Positions 1 to 7,490 of a stretch of 32,000 nucleotides of DNA are shown here, in pieces; within the stretch, counting starts at the first letter, position 1, and each line of letters begins with the position of its first letter. The stretch covers positions 30,001 to 62,000 of the forward strand of contig NC_011979.1 in assembly GCF_000022265.1 (NCBI RefSeq), in the 5' to 3' direction. Origin of the DNA: Geotalea daltonii FRC-32. Lineage in GTDB: Bacteria; Desulfobacterota; Desulfuromonadia; Geobacterales; Geobacteraceae. Below the pieces are notes generated by a model. The model had not been told where the DNA came from. It saw only the letters and a list, made by a program, of their open reading frames with translations, and did no database searches. Made by a program: the position numbers and the translations under genes.

Positions 1-1061
1 ATGGTAAAGGCGCGGCCAGCCATATCGCTTTTGGGTTGTACCCGGATGCGGTCCCCCACGTGCAGCTTGTCCTTTGTTTCAAAGGTGATGCGGTTACCCT
101 GAATGGATTTGATGGCGCCGAGGAACCGGCCGGTAGCGCCTTTCAGGGAAGGGGTGGCGATATCGGTCGGCTGATGGGAGGCGAGAAAGCCCTTGGTTGG
201 CACCCGGCCGAAAGAGAGCTTCAGGAGTTCCTTGGCCGCGGCCACCGCCTCGGCTCGTTTCCGTTCAGGGGCATCCAGAACCTGCCGGTAAGCGCCGACG
301 ACACTGGCCACGTATTCGGCGGATTTCATCCTGCCTTCGATCTTCAGGGAAGAGACGCCTGCGTCCACGAGCTGGGGGAGCAAATCGATGCTGGAGAAAT
401 CGTTGGTGGAGAAGTAGTAGCCCTCCTTGCCACGGTAGGTATACTGACGGCGGCAAGGCTGGGCGCAACGTCCCCGGTTGCCGCTGTGGCCGCCAAGAAA
501 CGAAGAGAAGTAGCATTGCCCGGAGAAGGAGAAGCAGAGGGCACCGTGAATGAAGCATTCAATTTCTGCGGTGGTAGAGTCGGCGATGGCCCTGATCTCG
601 TCCAGGTGCAGCTCACGGGCCAGCACCACTCGCTGGAAACCGAATTTTTCCAGTTGCTTCACCCCCAGGGAATTGTGAATGGTCATCTGGGTGGAGGCAT
701 GGAGCGGAATGCCGGGGAAGAAATTCCTGATCAGGCGGGCCGTGGCCATATCCTGCAGGATGACCCCGTCGACCCGCATTTCTTCCAGGGAGGCAAGCAC
801 TTCCACCAGGCGCGGCAGCTCTGATTCCTTGACCAGGGTGTTGATGGTGACATAAACTCTGCGTCCCATGCTGTGGGCATAGGCAAGCATCCGCTCCATC
901 TGGGAAAGGGAAAAATTCTTCGCTTTGGCCCGGGCGGAAAAGTCTTGCAGCCCGGCATAAACGGCATCAGCGCCTTTTTCCATGGCGGCGAAAAATGCTT
1001 CCAGTGAGCCGGCGGGAGAGAGCAGCTCGGGCTTTTTTCTTGTTTTTTCTACAAAAGACAT
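1..1061 (-). CDS. Peptidase U32 family protein (collagenase-like). The N-terminal ~353 codons are present; the C-terminus runs off the left edge.
   Basis: Absent from the ORF track because it is open at the window edge. Reverse complement from the ATG (cat at 1059-1061) reads MSFVEKTRKKPELLSPAGSLEAFFAAMEKGADAVYAGL...AEIECFIHGALCFSFSGQCYFSSFLGGHSGNRGRCAQPCRRQY, with no stop down to nt 1. The E-x-F-x-HG-x-x-C...G-x-C-x-x-S pattern is the U32 signature. Plus-strand ORF 36..824 is its antisense shadow. Confidence 0.8.
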   Translation of the reverse strand, partial: MSFVEKTRKKPELLSPAGSLEAFFAAMEKGADAVYAGLQDFSARAKAKNFSLSQMERMLAYAHSMGRRVYVTINTLVKESELPRLVEVLASLEEMRVDGVILQDMATARLIRNFFPGIPLHASTQMTIHNSLGVKQLEKFGFQRVVLARELHLDEIRAIADSTTAEIECFIHGALCFSFSGQCYFSSFLGGHSGNRGRCAQPCRRQYTYRGKEGYYFSTNDFSSIDLLPQLVDAGVSSLKIEGRMKSAEYVASVVGAYRQVLDAPERKRAEAVAAAKELLKLSFGRVPTKGFLASHQPTDIATPSLKGATGRFLGAIKSIQGNRITFETKDKLHVGDRIRVQPKSDMAGRAFT

Positions 1062-1206
1062 CCGGTTAGACTACCCGAAGGGGGGAAAAGCGTCAAGTTG
1101 AATGAGCCAGTGCATGCCTTGTAATGAAAGGGAAATCTGGTAACCTTTTATACGGTTTTGCCGGAGCATTCCGGCAGGGAGTGCGGGAAGTGAACCCGGG
1201 GGATGC

Positions 1207-2643
1207 GTGCCTGAACAGATCCGCATACTGATACTGGAGGATTCGGAAGAAGATGCAGTCCTCCTGGTCCGTGAGCTCAAAAAGGGGGGCATGGACCTGT
1301 CCCATGAAAGGATCGACACCCCAACCGCCCTTGAAAGGGCGTTAGTGCAAAGGACCTGGGATATTATCATTGCCGATTACCGCATGCCCGGTTTCAATGC
1401 TGTCGAGGCCCTGGAAATCCTCAGGGGAACCGACATGGATATCCCCTTCATCATCCTGTCTGGCAAGATAGGTGAAGATCTGGCCGTTGCCGCCATGAAA
1501 GCTGGCGCCAACGATTATGTCATGAAGAGCAACCTGTCGCGGCTGGTGCCGGCTATCCAGCGGGAATTACGGGAAGCAGAGGAAAGGAAACGGCGGCGGG
1601 AAGCGGAAGAGGCACTTAAGAATCAGTTCCGGCAGATTACCGCCATTTTCGATTCGATGAATGCCATGGTTTCTGTGGCTGATATGGAAAGTCACGAACT
1701 GTTGTTCATGAACCGTTTCGGCGGCAAACTGGCAGGGGGGGAATGGAAAGGGAAGAAGAGCCATGAAGTCCTGAACTATGACCAGTCCCTCTGTACCAAG
1801 GAGACGCTTTTGCGGGACGGTGAGCCTCAGCCACCTTTTGTCTGGGAATACCAGAACCCCATCTCCGGCAGGTGGTATCAGTGTATAGACAAGGCGATTT
1901 ACTGGCCGGATGGCAGGCTGGTCAGGCTGCAGATAGCAGTGGATATCAGCGAGCGCAAAGAGATTGAACAGATGAAGGACGAGATGATATCGGCGGTAAG
2001 TCATGAAATGCGCACTCCCTTGACCGCCATGCTCGGCTTTACCGAATATCTGCTGGAAAATGAGGTCGATCCGTCGCAGCTGAAGAATTACCTGAATACC
2101 ATCTATAAGGAAACGGCCCGGCTTAAAGAGCTGATCGGCAACTTTCTCGACCTGCAGCAGATTAATGCCAGGATGACAACTTACCGGATGCACCCGCTGG
2201 ATGTCTGTCTTCTCATCAAGGATGCTGCCGGGCTGTTTGCACTGGATTATGACAGCGGGCGGCTGGTCGTCCAGTGCCCCCGGAATATTCCGCCACTTCA
2301 GGGTGACGAGGCGCGGCTTCACCAGGTACTGACCAACCTCATTTCCAATGGCCTGAAGTATTCCCAGGCACCAGCCAGGGTGACGGTCGGGGCTGAAGCG
2401 GAGGGAGACCAGGTTGTCGTGTGGGTGAAGGATGAGGGCTGTGGCATTCCGCCAGAGTTGCAGGAAAAGATTTTCGAGAAGTTTTACCGCATAGATAATA
2501 CTGACCGGCGCCACATAGGTGGCACCGGCCTTGGACTGGCATTGGTTCGGGAGATCGTCGCCGCCCATGGTGGACGGGTCTGGGTGACCAGCGAGGTAGG
2601 CAGGGGGAGCACCTTCTTCATCAGCCTTCCCACCGCCGGGTGA
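1207..2643 (+). CDS. Hybrid sensor histidine kinase (N-terminal receiver + PAS-like region + HisKA/HATPase_c)
   Basis: Track ORF with a GTG start. Receiver: RILILEDSEEDAVLL...IIIADYRMPGFNAVE...AGANDYVMK. H-box: EMISAVSHEMRTPLTAMLGF. N/G boxes: LISNGLKYS, VKDEGCGIP, GGTGLGLALV. Confidence 0.85.
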   Translation: MPEQIRILILEDSEEDAVLLVRELKKGGMDLSHERIDTPTALERALVQRTWDIIIADYRMPGFNAVEALEILRGTDMDIPFIILSGKIGEDLAVAAMKAGANDYVMKSNLSRLVPAIQRELREAEERKRRREAEEALKNQFRQITAIFDSMNAMVSVADMESHELLFMNRFGGKLAGGEWKGKKSHEVLNYDQSLCTKETLLRDGEPQPPFVWEYQNPISGRWYQCIDKAIYWPDGRLVRLQIAVDISERKEIEQMKDEMISAVSHEMRTPLTAMLGFTEYLLENEVDPSQLKNYLNTIYKETARLKELIGNFLDLQQINARMTTYRMHPLDVCLLIKDAAGLFALDYDSGRLVVQCPRNIPPLQGDEARLHQVLTNLISNGLKYSQAPARVTVGAEAEGDQVVVWVKDEGCGIPPELQEKIFEKFYRIDNTDRRHIGGTGLGLALVREIVAAHGGRVWVTSEVGRGSTFFISLPTAG

Positions 2644-2647
2644 TTAA

Positions 2648-3121
2648 TCAGTTGTTCTTGGCAGTCCTTTTTTTGCTCGTTTTTCTGCCTTCACCTGCCA
2701 GGGAGAAGATGTCGGCCTGGGAAATGCACCAGACCCCCTCTTCCTTTTGCAGCTTGAAGGATTTCGTTACATGGTCGGTGCCTGCCGCCTCCCCTTCCAT
2801 GCCTACCTTTGCTCTCAGGGTCACGGTATAATCATTTTTCACCGATACCTTTACCTCCTGCATCTTTTCCCAGCAACAGGCAGGTTTTTTGGCGGCTGTG
2901 GCGAGTTTGCGAACAAACTGTTCCTTGCTTCCCTTGCCGGCAACGGTTCGGTCGAAAAGCTGGTCATAGCGCCCATCGCGCCAAAGATCAAGGATTTCGC
3001 CGAAGCCTTTTTGCGCCTCGGCCTGCAATTCCTCGGCAGAGAGATAGGGTGTCTTTGCCGGGGCGGGACTGAAGCAGGCAAGTGAGAGTATCACAGTGAG
3101 CATAAGGATGAATGGCCGCAT
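2648..3121 (-). CDS. Secreted/periplasmic hypothetical protein with an N-terminal signal peptide
   Basis: Start taken at Met20 of track ORF 2648..3178. The ATG at 3119-3121 lies 5 nt downstream of GGAGG (revcomp of 3127-3131). MRPFILMLTVILSLACFSPAPAK is a hydrophobic signal sequence. No catalytic motifs recognised. Confidence 0.6.
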   Translation of the reverse strand: MRPFILMLTVILSLACFSPAPAKTPYLSAEELQAEAQKGFGEILDLWRDGRYDQLFDRTVAGKGSKEQFVRKLATAAKKPACCWEKMQEVKVSVKNDYTVTLRAKVGMEGEAAGTDHVTKSFKLQKEEGVWCISQADIFSLAGEGRKTSKKRTAKNN

Positions 3122-3149
3122 GGGCACCTCCTCAGGTAAAATTTCGCCA

Positions 3150-3178
3150 ATAATAGAAGAACGGTGGGCACAGGGCAA
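3150..3178 (-). promoter_or_regulatory. Candidate sigma70 promoter for the secreted-protein gene
   Basis: Minus strand reads TTGCCC (3178-3173), a 17-nt spacer, then TATTAT (3155-3150), about 20 nt upstream of the GGAGG RBS. Confidence 0.35.
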
Positions 3179-3200
3179 GGGGAAAAATCGGTCGGCGGAC

Positions 3201-3221
3201 GGAAGACGGAAGACGGAAGAC
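3201..3221. repeat. Heptad tandem repeat, ggaagac x3
   Basis: Direct reading: ggac-ggaagac-ggaagac-ggaagac-ggcgg. Lies in the intergenic gap between two minus-strand genes. Confidence 0.9.
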
Positions 3222-3244
3222 GGCGGTCAGGCGGGAAAAGAGCT

Positions 3245-3307
3245 CCACCGACCACCGACTGCCGACCACCGACCACCGACTGCCGACCACCGACCACCGA
3301 CTGCCGA
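3245..3307. repeat. Perfect 21-bp tandem repeat x3 (ccaccgaccaccgactgccga). Each unit is made of three heptads.
   Basis: Three identical head-to-tail copies read directly. Each unit is ccaccga-ccaccga-ctgccga. The block is flanked by an imperfect inverted repeat: cggtcggcggacgg (3188-3201) and ccgactgccgaccg (3297-3310). Confidence 0.95.
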
Positions 3308-3314
3308 CCGTTTT

Positions 3315-4334
3315 TTAAAGCCGTCTATCTGCTGCTTCGGCAAAAAGCTTCAGCTGGGCCATCATCCTGGCGAACTTTTTCGGTTTCAGGGATTGGGGAC
3401 CGTCGGACGAAGCACGCTCCGGGTCAGGGTGCACTTCGATGATCAGCCCGTCTGCACCGGAGGCCACAGCGGCATAGGCCATGGGGGCCACATACTGGTA
3501 GTGGCCGGTGCCGTGGGAAGGATCGACAATAACCGGCAGATGGGTTTTTTCTTTGAGAACCGGAATAGCGGACAGGTCCAGAGTATTGCGGGTCGCCGTT
3601 TCGAAGGTGCGGATGCCTCGCTCGCAGAGGATGACCTTCTGGTTCCCTTCGCTGAGGATGTACTCGGCACTCATGAGGAACTCCTGGATGGTCATGGACA
3701 TGCCCCGTTTGAGAAGCACGGGCCTGGAGAGCTGGCCGACCTTTTTCAGCAGGGCGAAGTTCTGGGCGTTGCGGGCGCCGATCTGCAGAATATCCGAATA
3801 CTCAGCGACGAGGTCGGCAGTCTCAGGATTAACTACTTCGGTAACGATCGGCAGACCGGTCAGGTCGCGGGCCTTTGCCAGGAGTTTCAGTCCTTCCTCT
3901 TCAAGGCCCTGGAAGGAATAGGGGGACGTGCGGGGCTTGAAGGCGCCGCCGCGCAGCACGTGGGCACCGGCTTCCTTCACTGCCAAGGCTGAAGAGATGA
4001 TCTGTTCCTCGCTTTCGACGGAACAGGGGCCGGCCATGACCACTATTTCCTTGCCGCCGATACTGAGAGTATCAGTGATGGGAATGATGCTGGTTTCTTT
4101 TTTAACTTCCTTCGAGGCAAGCTTGTATGGCTGCAGGATTGGTACGACGCTTTCCACCCCGTGCATGGACTCGATAGACTGAAGCACTGTTTTCCCCCTT
4201 TCGTCGCCAACTGCGCCAATAACATCGCGGGTCGCACCATGGATGACATGGGGCTGGTATCCCAGCTCCCTGACCCGCTTCAACACTTCTTCTCTGTCCT
4301 TTTTAACTGCTCCGGATTTCATGACAATGATCAT
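3315..4334 (-). CDS. aroF: 3-deoxy-7-phosphoheptulonate (DAHP) synthase, type I-beta, with an N-terminal ferredoxin-like/ACT-type regulatory domain
   Basis: Start taken at Met36 of track ORF 3315..4439. The ATG at 4332-4334 is preceded by AGGAGAGG (revcomp of 4339-4346). The N-terminal ~65 aa ([33 protein letters not shown]...) is followed by the KDO8P/DAHP synthase barrel ([34 protein letters not shown]). This architecture is known from Thermotoga-type DAHPS. Confidence 0.85.
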   Translation of the reverse strand: MIIVMKSGAVKKDREEVLKRVRELGYQPHVIHGATRDVIGAVGDERGKTVLQSIESMHGVESVVPILQPYKLASKEVKKETSIIPITDTLSIGGKEIVVMAGPCSVESEEQIISSALAVKEAGAHVLRGGAFKPRTSPYSFQGLEEEGLKLLAKARDLTGLPIVTEVVNPETADLVAEYSDILQIGARNAQNFALLKKVGQLSRPVLLKRGMSMTIQEFLMSAEYILSEGNQKVILCERGIRTFETATRNTLDLSAIPVLKEKTHLPVIVDPSHGTGHYQYVAPMAYAAVASGADGLIIEVHPDPERASSDGPQSLKPKKFARMMAQLKLFAEAADRRL

Positions 4335-4352
4335 TCTTCCTCTCCTTTTTCC

Positions 4353-4390
4353 CGAAAACAAAAAGGCCGGAGGATCGCCCCCCCGGCCTT
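4353..4390 (-). terminator. Leader terminator hairpin 2 (D:E), immediately upstream of the aroF RBS
   Basis: Minus strand: AAGGCCGGGGG (4390-4380) pairs with CCUCCGGCCUU (4373-4363), an ~11-bp GC-rich stem, followed by UUUGUUUUC. Confidence 0.6.
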
Positions 4391-4405
4391 GTAAAATGGT
4401 ACTGC

Positions 4406-4447
4406 AAATGAAAAAGCCGGGGGTCGGATTCCTGTCCACCCTCGGCT
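4406..4447 (-). terminator. Leader hairpin 1 (B:C), terminator-like
   Basis: Minus strand: AGCCGAGGGU (4447-4438) pairs with ACCCCCGGCU (4424-4415), with one mismatch and a 13-nt loop, followed by UUUUCAUUU. Confidence 0.5.
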
Positions 4448-4481
4448 TTCGGTTTTTATTAGTAAAGTTTACTGCTCTCGC

Positions 4482-4574
4482 CTAATTCGAACCTCTACCC
4501 TGGGCAGACGGCCTAAAGAAAAAGCCGCACCAAAAATAAAAGCTGAAAAAGGAAAAATAACTGGTCGTGAGCAT
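4482..4574 (-). CDS. Candidate leader peptide, 30 aa, Phe/Tyr/Trp-rich: MLTTSYFSFFSFYFWCGFFFRPSAQGRGSN
   Basis: Translated by hand from the reverse complement: atg ctc acg acc agt tat ttt tcc ttt ttc agc ttt tat ttt tgg tgc ggc ttt ttc ttt agg ccg tct gcc cag ggt aga ggt tcg aat tag. It is below the 60-aa cutoff of the track. It lies between a promoter-like site and two terminator hairpins upstream of DAHP synthase. No SD sequence is present, so it may be leaderless. Confidence 0.55.
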   Translation of the reverse strand: MLTTSYFSFFSFYFWCGFFFRPSAQGRGSN

Positions 4575-4577
4575 GGT

Positions 4578-4586
4578 TGCTATAAT
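4578..4586 (+). promoter_or_regulatory. Candidate extended -10 promoter element (TGcTATAAT) facing the 4752 gene
   Basis: Plus strand reads tgctataat at 4578-4586. The -35 is poor (taactg). It overlaps the minus-strand -10 and leader start in a back-to-back arrangement. Confidence 0.3.
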
Positions 4587-4611
4587 CGCTGAATCTTTTC
4601 CGTCATGTCAA
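4582..4611 (-). promoter_or_regulatory. Candidate sigma70 promoter for the leader/aroF transcript
   Basis: Minus strand reads TTGACA (4611-4606), an 18-nt spacer, then GATTAT (4587-4582). The leader ATG (4574) lies 7 nt after the -10, which implies a leaderless or nearly leaderless start. Confidence 0.4.
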
Positions 4612-4751
4612 GATTTTTTATTGTATAGGTGAAAAAATAGCGACACGGCGAGCTGACAGGCGCAGCTACTTATTTTTGCTGCGCCTTCAACAATTGCCAT
4701 GTTATAGTTGGACATTCTGTGGAAAGTATTCCAACCAACAAGGAGAGATTC

Positions 4752-5531
4752 ATGAAACAGCCATTGATTCTTGCCGCCGCCGTCCTGATTTCGCTTCTTC
4801 CACTTGCAGGGCAGGCAGATGAGGGGCAGAAGCCGATTCATCCTGTCATTTCATCGGCCCGTCCCGGAGCTGAAAAGCCCAAAGAGGCCGAACAGCCCAA
4901 GCAAGTTCAGGTGTCGGGAAAAGTCATGCAAACCATGAACGGCGGAGGGTACACCTATATCCTCGTGAAACAGGCTGACGGCAACAAGATCTGGCTGGCC
5001 ATTCCCCAGACCAGTGTCGAACTTGGCGCCCAGTTGACCTTCAAGCCGGGCATGGAGATGGTCAATCTGCCCAGCAAATCCTTGAATCGCACTTTTGACA
5101 GGATCATCTTCTCGGAAGGAATCGTCGATGAGGGGAAAAATGCGAAAAAGGGGACAAAAAAATCACCGGGCAGCAAGGGGGCAATCGCCGTTGCCGAAGG
5201 CAAGATAAAGGTGAAGAAGGCGACGGGTGCCAATGCTTACACAGTCGCTGAGCTTTACAAGCTGAAGGGCAAGCTGAACAAAAAGAACATTGTCGTCAGA
5301 GGGAAGGTGGTGAGGGTCTCTGCCAACATCATGGGCAAGAACTGGATCCATCTCCAGGACGGCAGTGGCGATCCGAAGAAAGGTACGCATAATCTGGTTG
5401 TCACGTCCCAGGCCATGCCGGTCATCGGGGAGGTCGTTACCGCCAAAGGCGTACTCTACGGTGACAAGGACTTCGGCGGCGGATATAAATATGTGGTAAT
5501 TGTCGAGAAAGCGGAGCTGGAAATCCAGTAA
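4752..5531 (+). CDS. Secreted protein with two OB-fold-like (BOF/tRNA_anti-like) repeats; function unknown
   Basis: Start taken at Met12 of track ORF 4719..5531. The ATG at 4752 is preceded by AGGAGA. Signal peptide: MKQPLILAAAVLISLLPLAGQA. Two related modules end in GGGYTYILVK and GGGYKYVVIVEK. The module KGKLNKKNIVVRGKVVRVSANIMGKNWIHLQDGSG resembles periplasmic OB-fold proteins. Confidence 0.6.
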   Translation: MKQPLILAAAVLISLLPLAGQADEGQKPIHPVISSARPGAEKPKEAEQPKQVQVSGKVMQTMNGGGYTYILVKQADGNKIWLAIPQTSVELGAQLTFKPGMEMVNLPSKSLNRTFDRIIFSEGIVDEGKNAKKGTKKSPGSKGAIAVAEGKIKVKKATGANAYTVAELYKLKGKLNKKNIVVRGKVVRVSANIMGKNWIHLQDGSGDPKKGTHNLVVTSQAMPVIGEVVTAKGVLYGDKDFGGGYKYVVIVEKAELEIQ

Positions 5532-5548
5532 CGGCGGTATTGTCGACC

Positions 5549-5580
5549 AAAGGCCCCCTGTGCTGCAGGGGGCCTTTTTT
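5549..5580 (+). terminator. Rho-independent terminator
   Basis: aaaggccccctg-tgc(t)g-cagggggccttt forms a ~12-bp stem, followed by a T6 run. It sits 18 nt after the stop codon at 5529-5531. Confidence 0.8.
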
Positions 5581-5674
5581 ATACAACTGCGGAAAATATA
5601 CTCATAAAGGGAGAGCCGGTTTTGCTGGAGCTTCCTTTTCTTCTCATGAGCCGAGTCAGATAAGGCCAAACTCT

Positions 5675-5703
5675 TTGACAATCAGCCCCCTTTCCGCTAC
5701 TTT
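5675..5703 (+). promoter_or_regulatory. Candidate sigma70 promoter directly abutting the yqaA-like start
   Basis: TTGACA (5675-5680), a 17-nt spacer, then TACTTT (5698-5703). The GTG start at 5710 is only 6 nt downstream. Confidence 0.35.
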
Positions 5704-5709
5704 GGCGGG

Positions 5710-6168
5710 GTGCAAGACATACTCCTCAGCCATGGTTATCCAGCCCTTTTCCTCCTTAGTTTCCTTGCCTCAACTCTGGTTCCGCTGGGTTCCGAATGGC
5801 TGCTGGCGATAATGCTCGTCAATCGACATGATCCGGTAGCTACAGTGGCAGTGGCCACTACCGGCAACCTGCTGGGTGCCTGCACCACCTATTGGCTCGG
5901 CATTTATGGGGGACCGTGGCTGATCCGCAGGGTGTTGCGGATTAATGAACAGGCAGAGGCGCGGGCAAAGGAATTCTACCGTCGCTATGGTTCCTGGTCG
6001 TTGCTTTTTTCCTGGCTGCCGGTAATCGGCGATCCCCTTTGTCTTGCAGGCGGGCTCTTAAGGATCGGCTTCGTCAGATTTTTCGGGTTGGTTTTCCTCG
6101 GCAAGTTTTGTCGATACGCTGCAGTGGCATGGCTGACGTTGCAGGGCTCAAAGATAATAACGGGTTAA
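5710..6168 (+). CDS. YqaA/DedA (SNARE-associated) family inner membrane protein
   Basis: Track ORF with a GTG start. Polytopic hydrophobic sequence with the typical LFSWLPVIGDPLCLAGG motif region. Confidence 0.7.
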   Translation: MQDILLSHGYPALFLLSFLASTLVPLGSEWLLAIMLVNRHDPVATVAVATTGNLLGACTTYWLGIYGGPWLIRRVLRINEQAEARAKEFYRRYGSWSLLFSWLPVIGDPLCLAGGLLRIGFVRFFGLVFLGKFCRYAAVAWLTLQGSKIITG

Positions 6169-6189
6169 ATGCCTGATTTTGGAGGTTAC

Positions 6190-7488
6190 ATGATAACCCG
6201 TCGCAAAAAAGTGCTGGCCAACGGCTTGCGGGTCGTGGCGGTGGAAATGCCACACCTGCATAGTGTGGAGATAGCCGTATATATCAGAGTTGGTGGACGT
6301 AATGATCCGCAGCAACAGGCAGGGCTGTCACATTTTCTCGAACACATGCTCTTTCGCGGTAATGAGGATTATCCTGCCGGCATAGATCTGGAGGTGGCCT
6401 TCGATGCCATCGGTGGTTCCGTCAATGCCGCAACCGATGAAGAGAGCACCTGCTATTTTTCACGGGTCCATCCCCGGCATGTGGAGAAGGGGTTGCAACT
6501 GTTCGCCTCCATGCTACTCCGGTCCACGTTGACGGGGCTCGATGTGGAAAAGCGTATCATCACCGAGGAAGCGCTGGAAGATATCAACGATCGCGGCGAA
6601 GAGACCAATCCCAGCAACCTGTCGAGCAAAATGATGTGGCCCGGTCATCCCTTGGGAATGCCGACCATCGGATATCTGGAAACCATCAATGCCATTACCG
6701 AACAGGACCTGCGTCGCCATCTGGCATCTTTCTATGTGCCGTCCAACAGTGTGGTGGTAGTGGCCGGGGATATCAAGGCAGATCGTATTTTTTCAGCATG
6801 TGAAGACGCTTTTGCCGACTGGAGCGGTCAGCCGCTCCCTGCCTTGTTGCGGGCCACTGGGGACCAACACCGGCCGCAGTCCCTGTTCGTCCGGGACGCG
6901 GACAGCCAGGTCAATCTACAGATCGCCTTTCGCGGCTTTGCCCGACCCGATCCACGAATCATGACCACAAGGCTGATTCGCCGGATTCTCTGCGGCGGCG
7001 GGAGCTCCAGATTGCACCTGCTTTTGCGGGAGAAATTGGGTATAGTCTACTCGGTGGATGCCTCCATATCGGCCTATGATGAAACGGGCTCTTTCGGCAT
7101 TGAACTGGCGACGGCACCGGAGAACCTGCCGCTGGCGGTACGGGAAATACTCAACCAGGTGAGAAGGCTTGCTGTGGAAGCTGTTGGGGATGAGGAATTG
7201 GCGCGAGTCAAGGATGGATACTTCTTCGATCTGGAATACAGCCGCGACTCCACCTATGAGATGCAGGTGCGCTACGGGTGGGGCGAGCTGATGGATATAG
7301 TCCGGGAACTTGAAGAGGACCATGCCGAGGCTGCCGCTATCGACGCTCACCAGCTTAAAGAGGCGGCTGCAGCACTGTTTGCCCCTTGCAACCTGAATCT
7401 GGTGGCAGTCGGTCCTTTGAAGGCAGGGCTCAAGCGTGAGGTGGAAAAGATACTGCTTGACTATGAGCAGGAATGCACACGGGAGTAG
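6190..7488 (+). CDS. M16 (pitrilysin) family zinc peptidase
   Basis: Start taken at Met8 of track ORF 6169..7488. The ATG at 6190 lies 5 nt after GGAGG. Inverted zinc motif HFLEH (HxxEH) followed by LFRG...E, and a typical two-domain length of 432 aa. Confidence 0.8.
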   Translation: MITRRKKVLANGLRVVAVEMPHLHSVEIAVYIRVGGRNDPQQQAGLSHFLEHMLFRGNEDYPAGIDLEVAFDAIGGSVNAATDEESTCYFSRVHPRHVEKGLQLFASMLLRSTLTGLDVEKRIITEEALEDINDRGEETNPSNLSSKMMWPGHPLGMPTIGYLETINAITEQDLRRHLASFYVPSNSVVVVAGDIKADRIFSACEDAFADWSGQPLPALLRATGDQHRPQSLFVRDADSQVNLQIAFRGFARPDPRIMTTRLIRRILCGGGSSRLHLLLREKLGIVYSVDASISAYDETGSFGIELATAPENLPLAVREILNQVRRLAVEAVGDEELARVKDGYFFDLEYSRDSTYEMQVRYGWGELMDIVRELEEDHAEAAAIDAHQLKEAAAALFAPCNLNLVAVGPLKAGLKREVEKILLDYEQECTRE

Positions 7489-7490
7489 TT

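Noticed and set aside
36-824. 262-aa plus-strand ORF at the left edge
   Set aside because: It lies antisense to a much more convincing U32 peptidase reading frame that shows the family signature and is open to the window edge. Its own sequence is Gly/Arg/Ala-rich shadow-type with no recognisable motifs.
1567-2568. 333-aa minus-strand ORF
   Set aside because: Antisense shadow of the hybrid histidine kinase gene. No motifs.
3245-3307. Possible CRISPR-like array
   Set aside because: The repeats are directly abutting with no spacers. There are only three units and no cas genes.
3091-3992. ORFs translating the 21-bp repeats as HRPPTAD x3 (plus strand) or VVGGRQS x2 (minus strand)
   Set aside because: The plus-strand ORF is mostly antisense to aroF. 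The minus-strand ORF is 68 aa with no RBS. The repeat sits in an intergenic gap, so it is treated as non-coding DNA.
4484-4500. GGTTCGAAT motif resembling a tRNA T-loop (minus strand); similar ggttcgaag motifs at 16188-16210
   Set aside because: The flanking bases do not form a T-stem, and no acceptor or anticodon arms can be drawn. The motif falls inside the leader ORF and the palindromic element.
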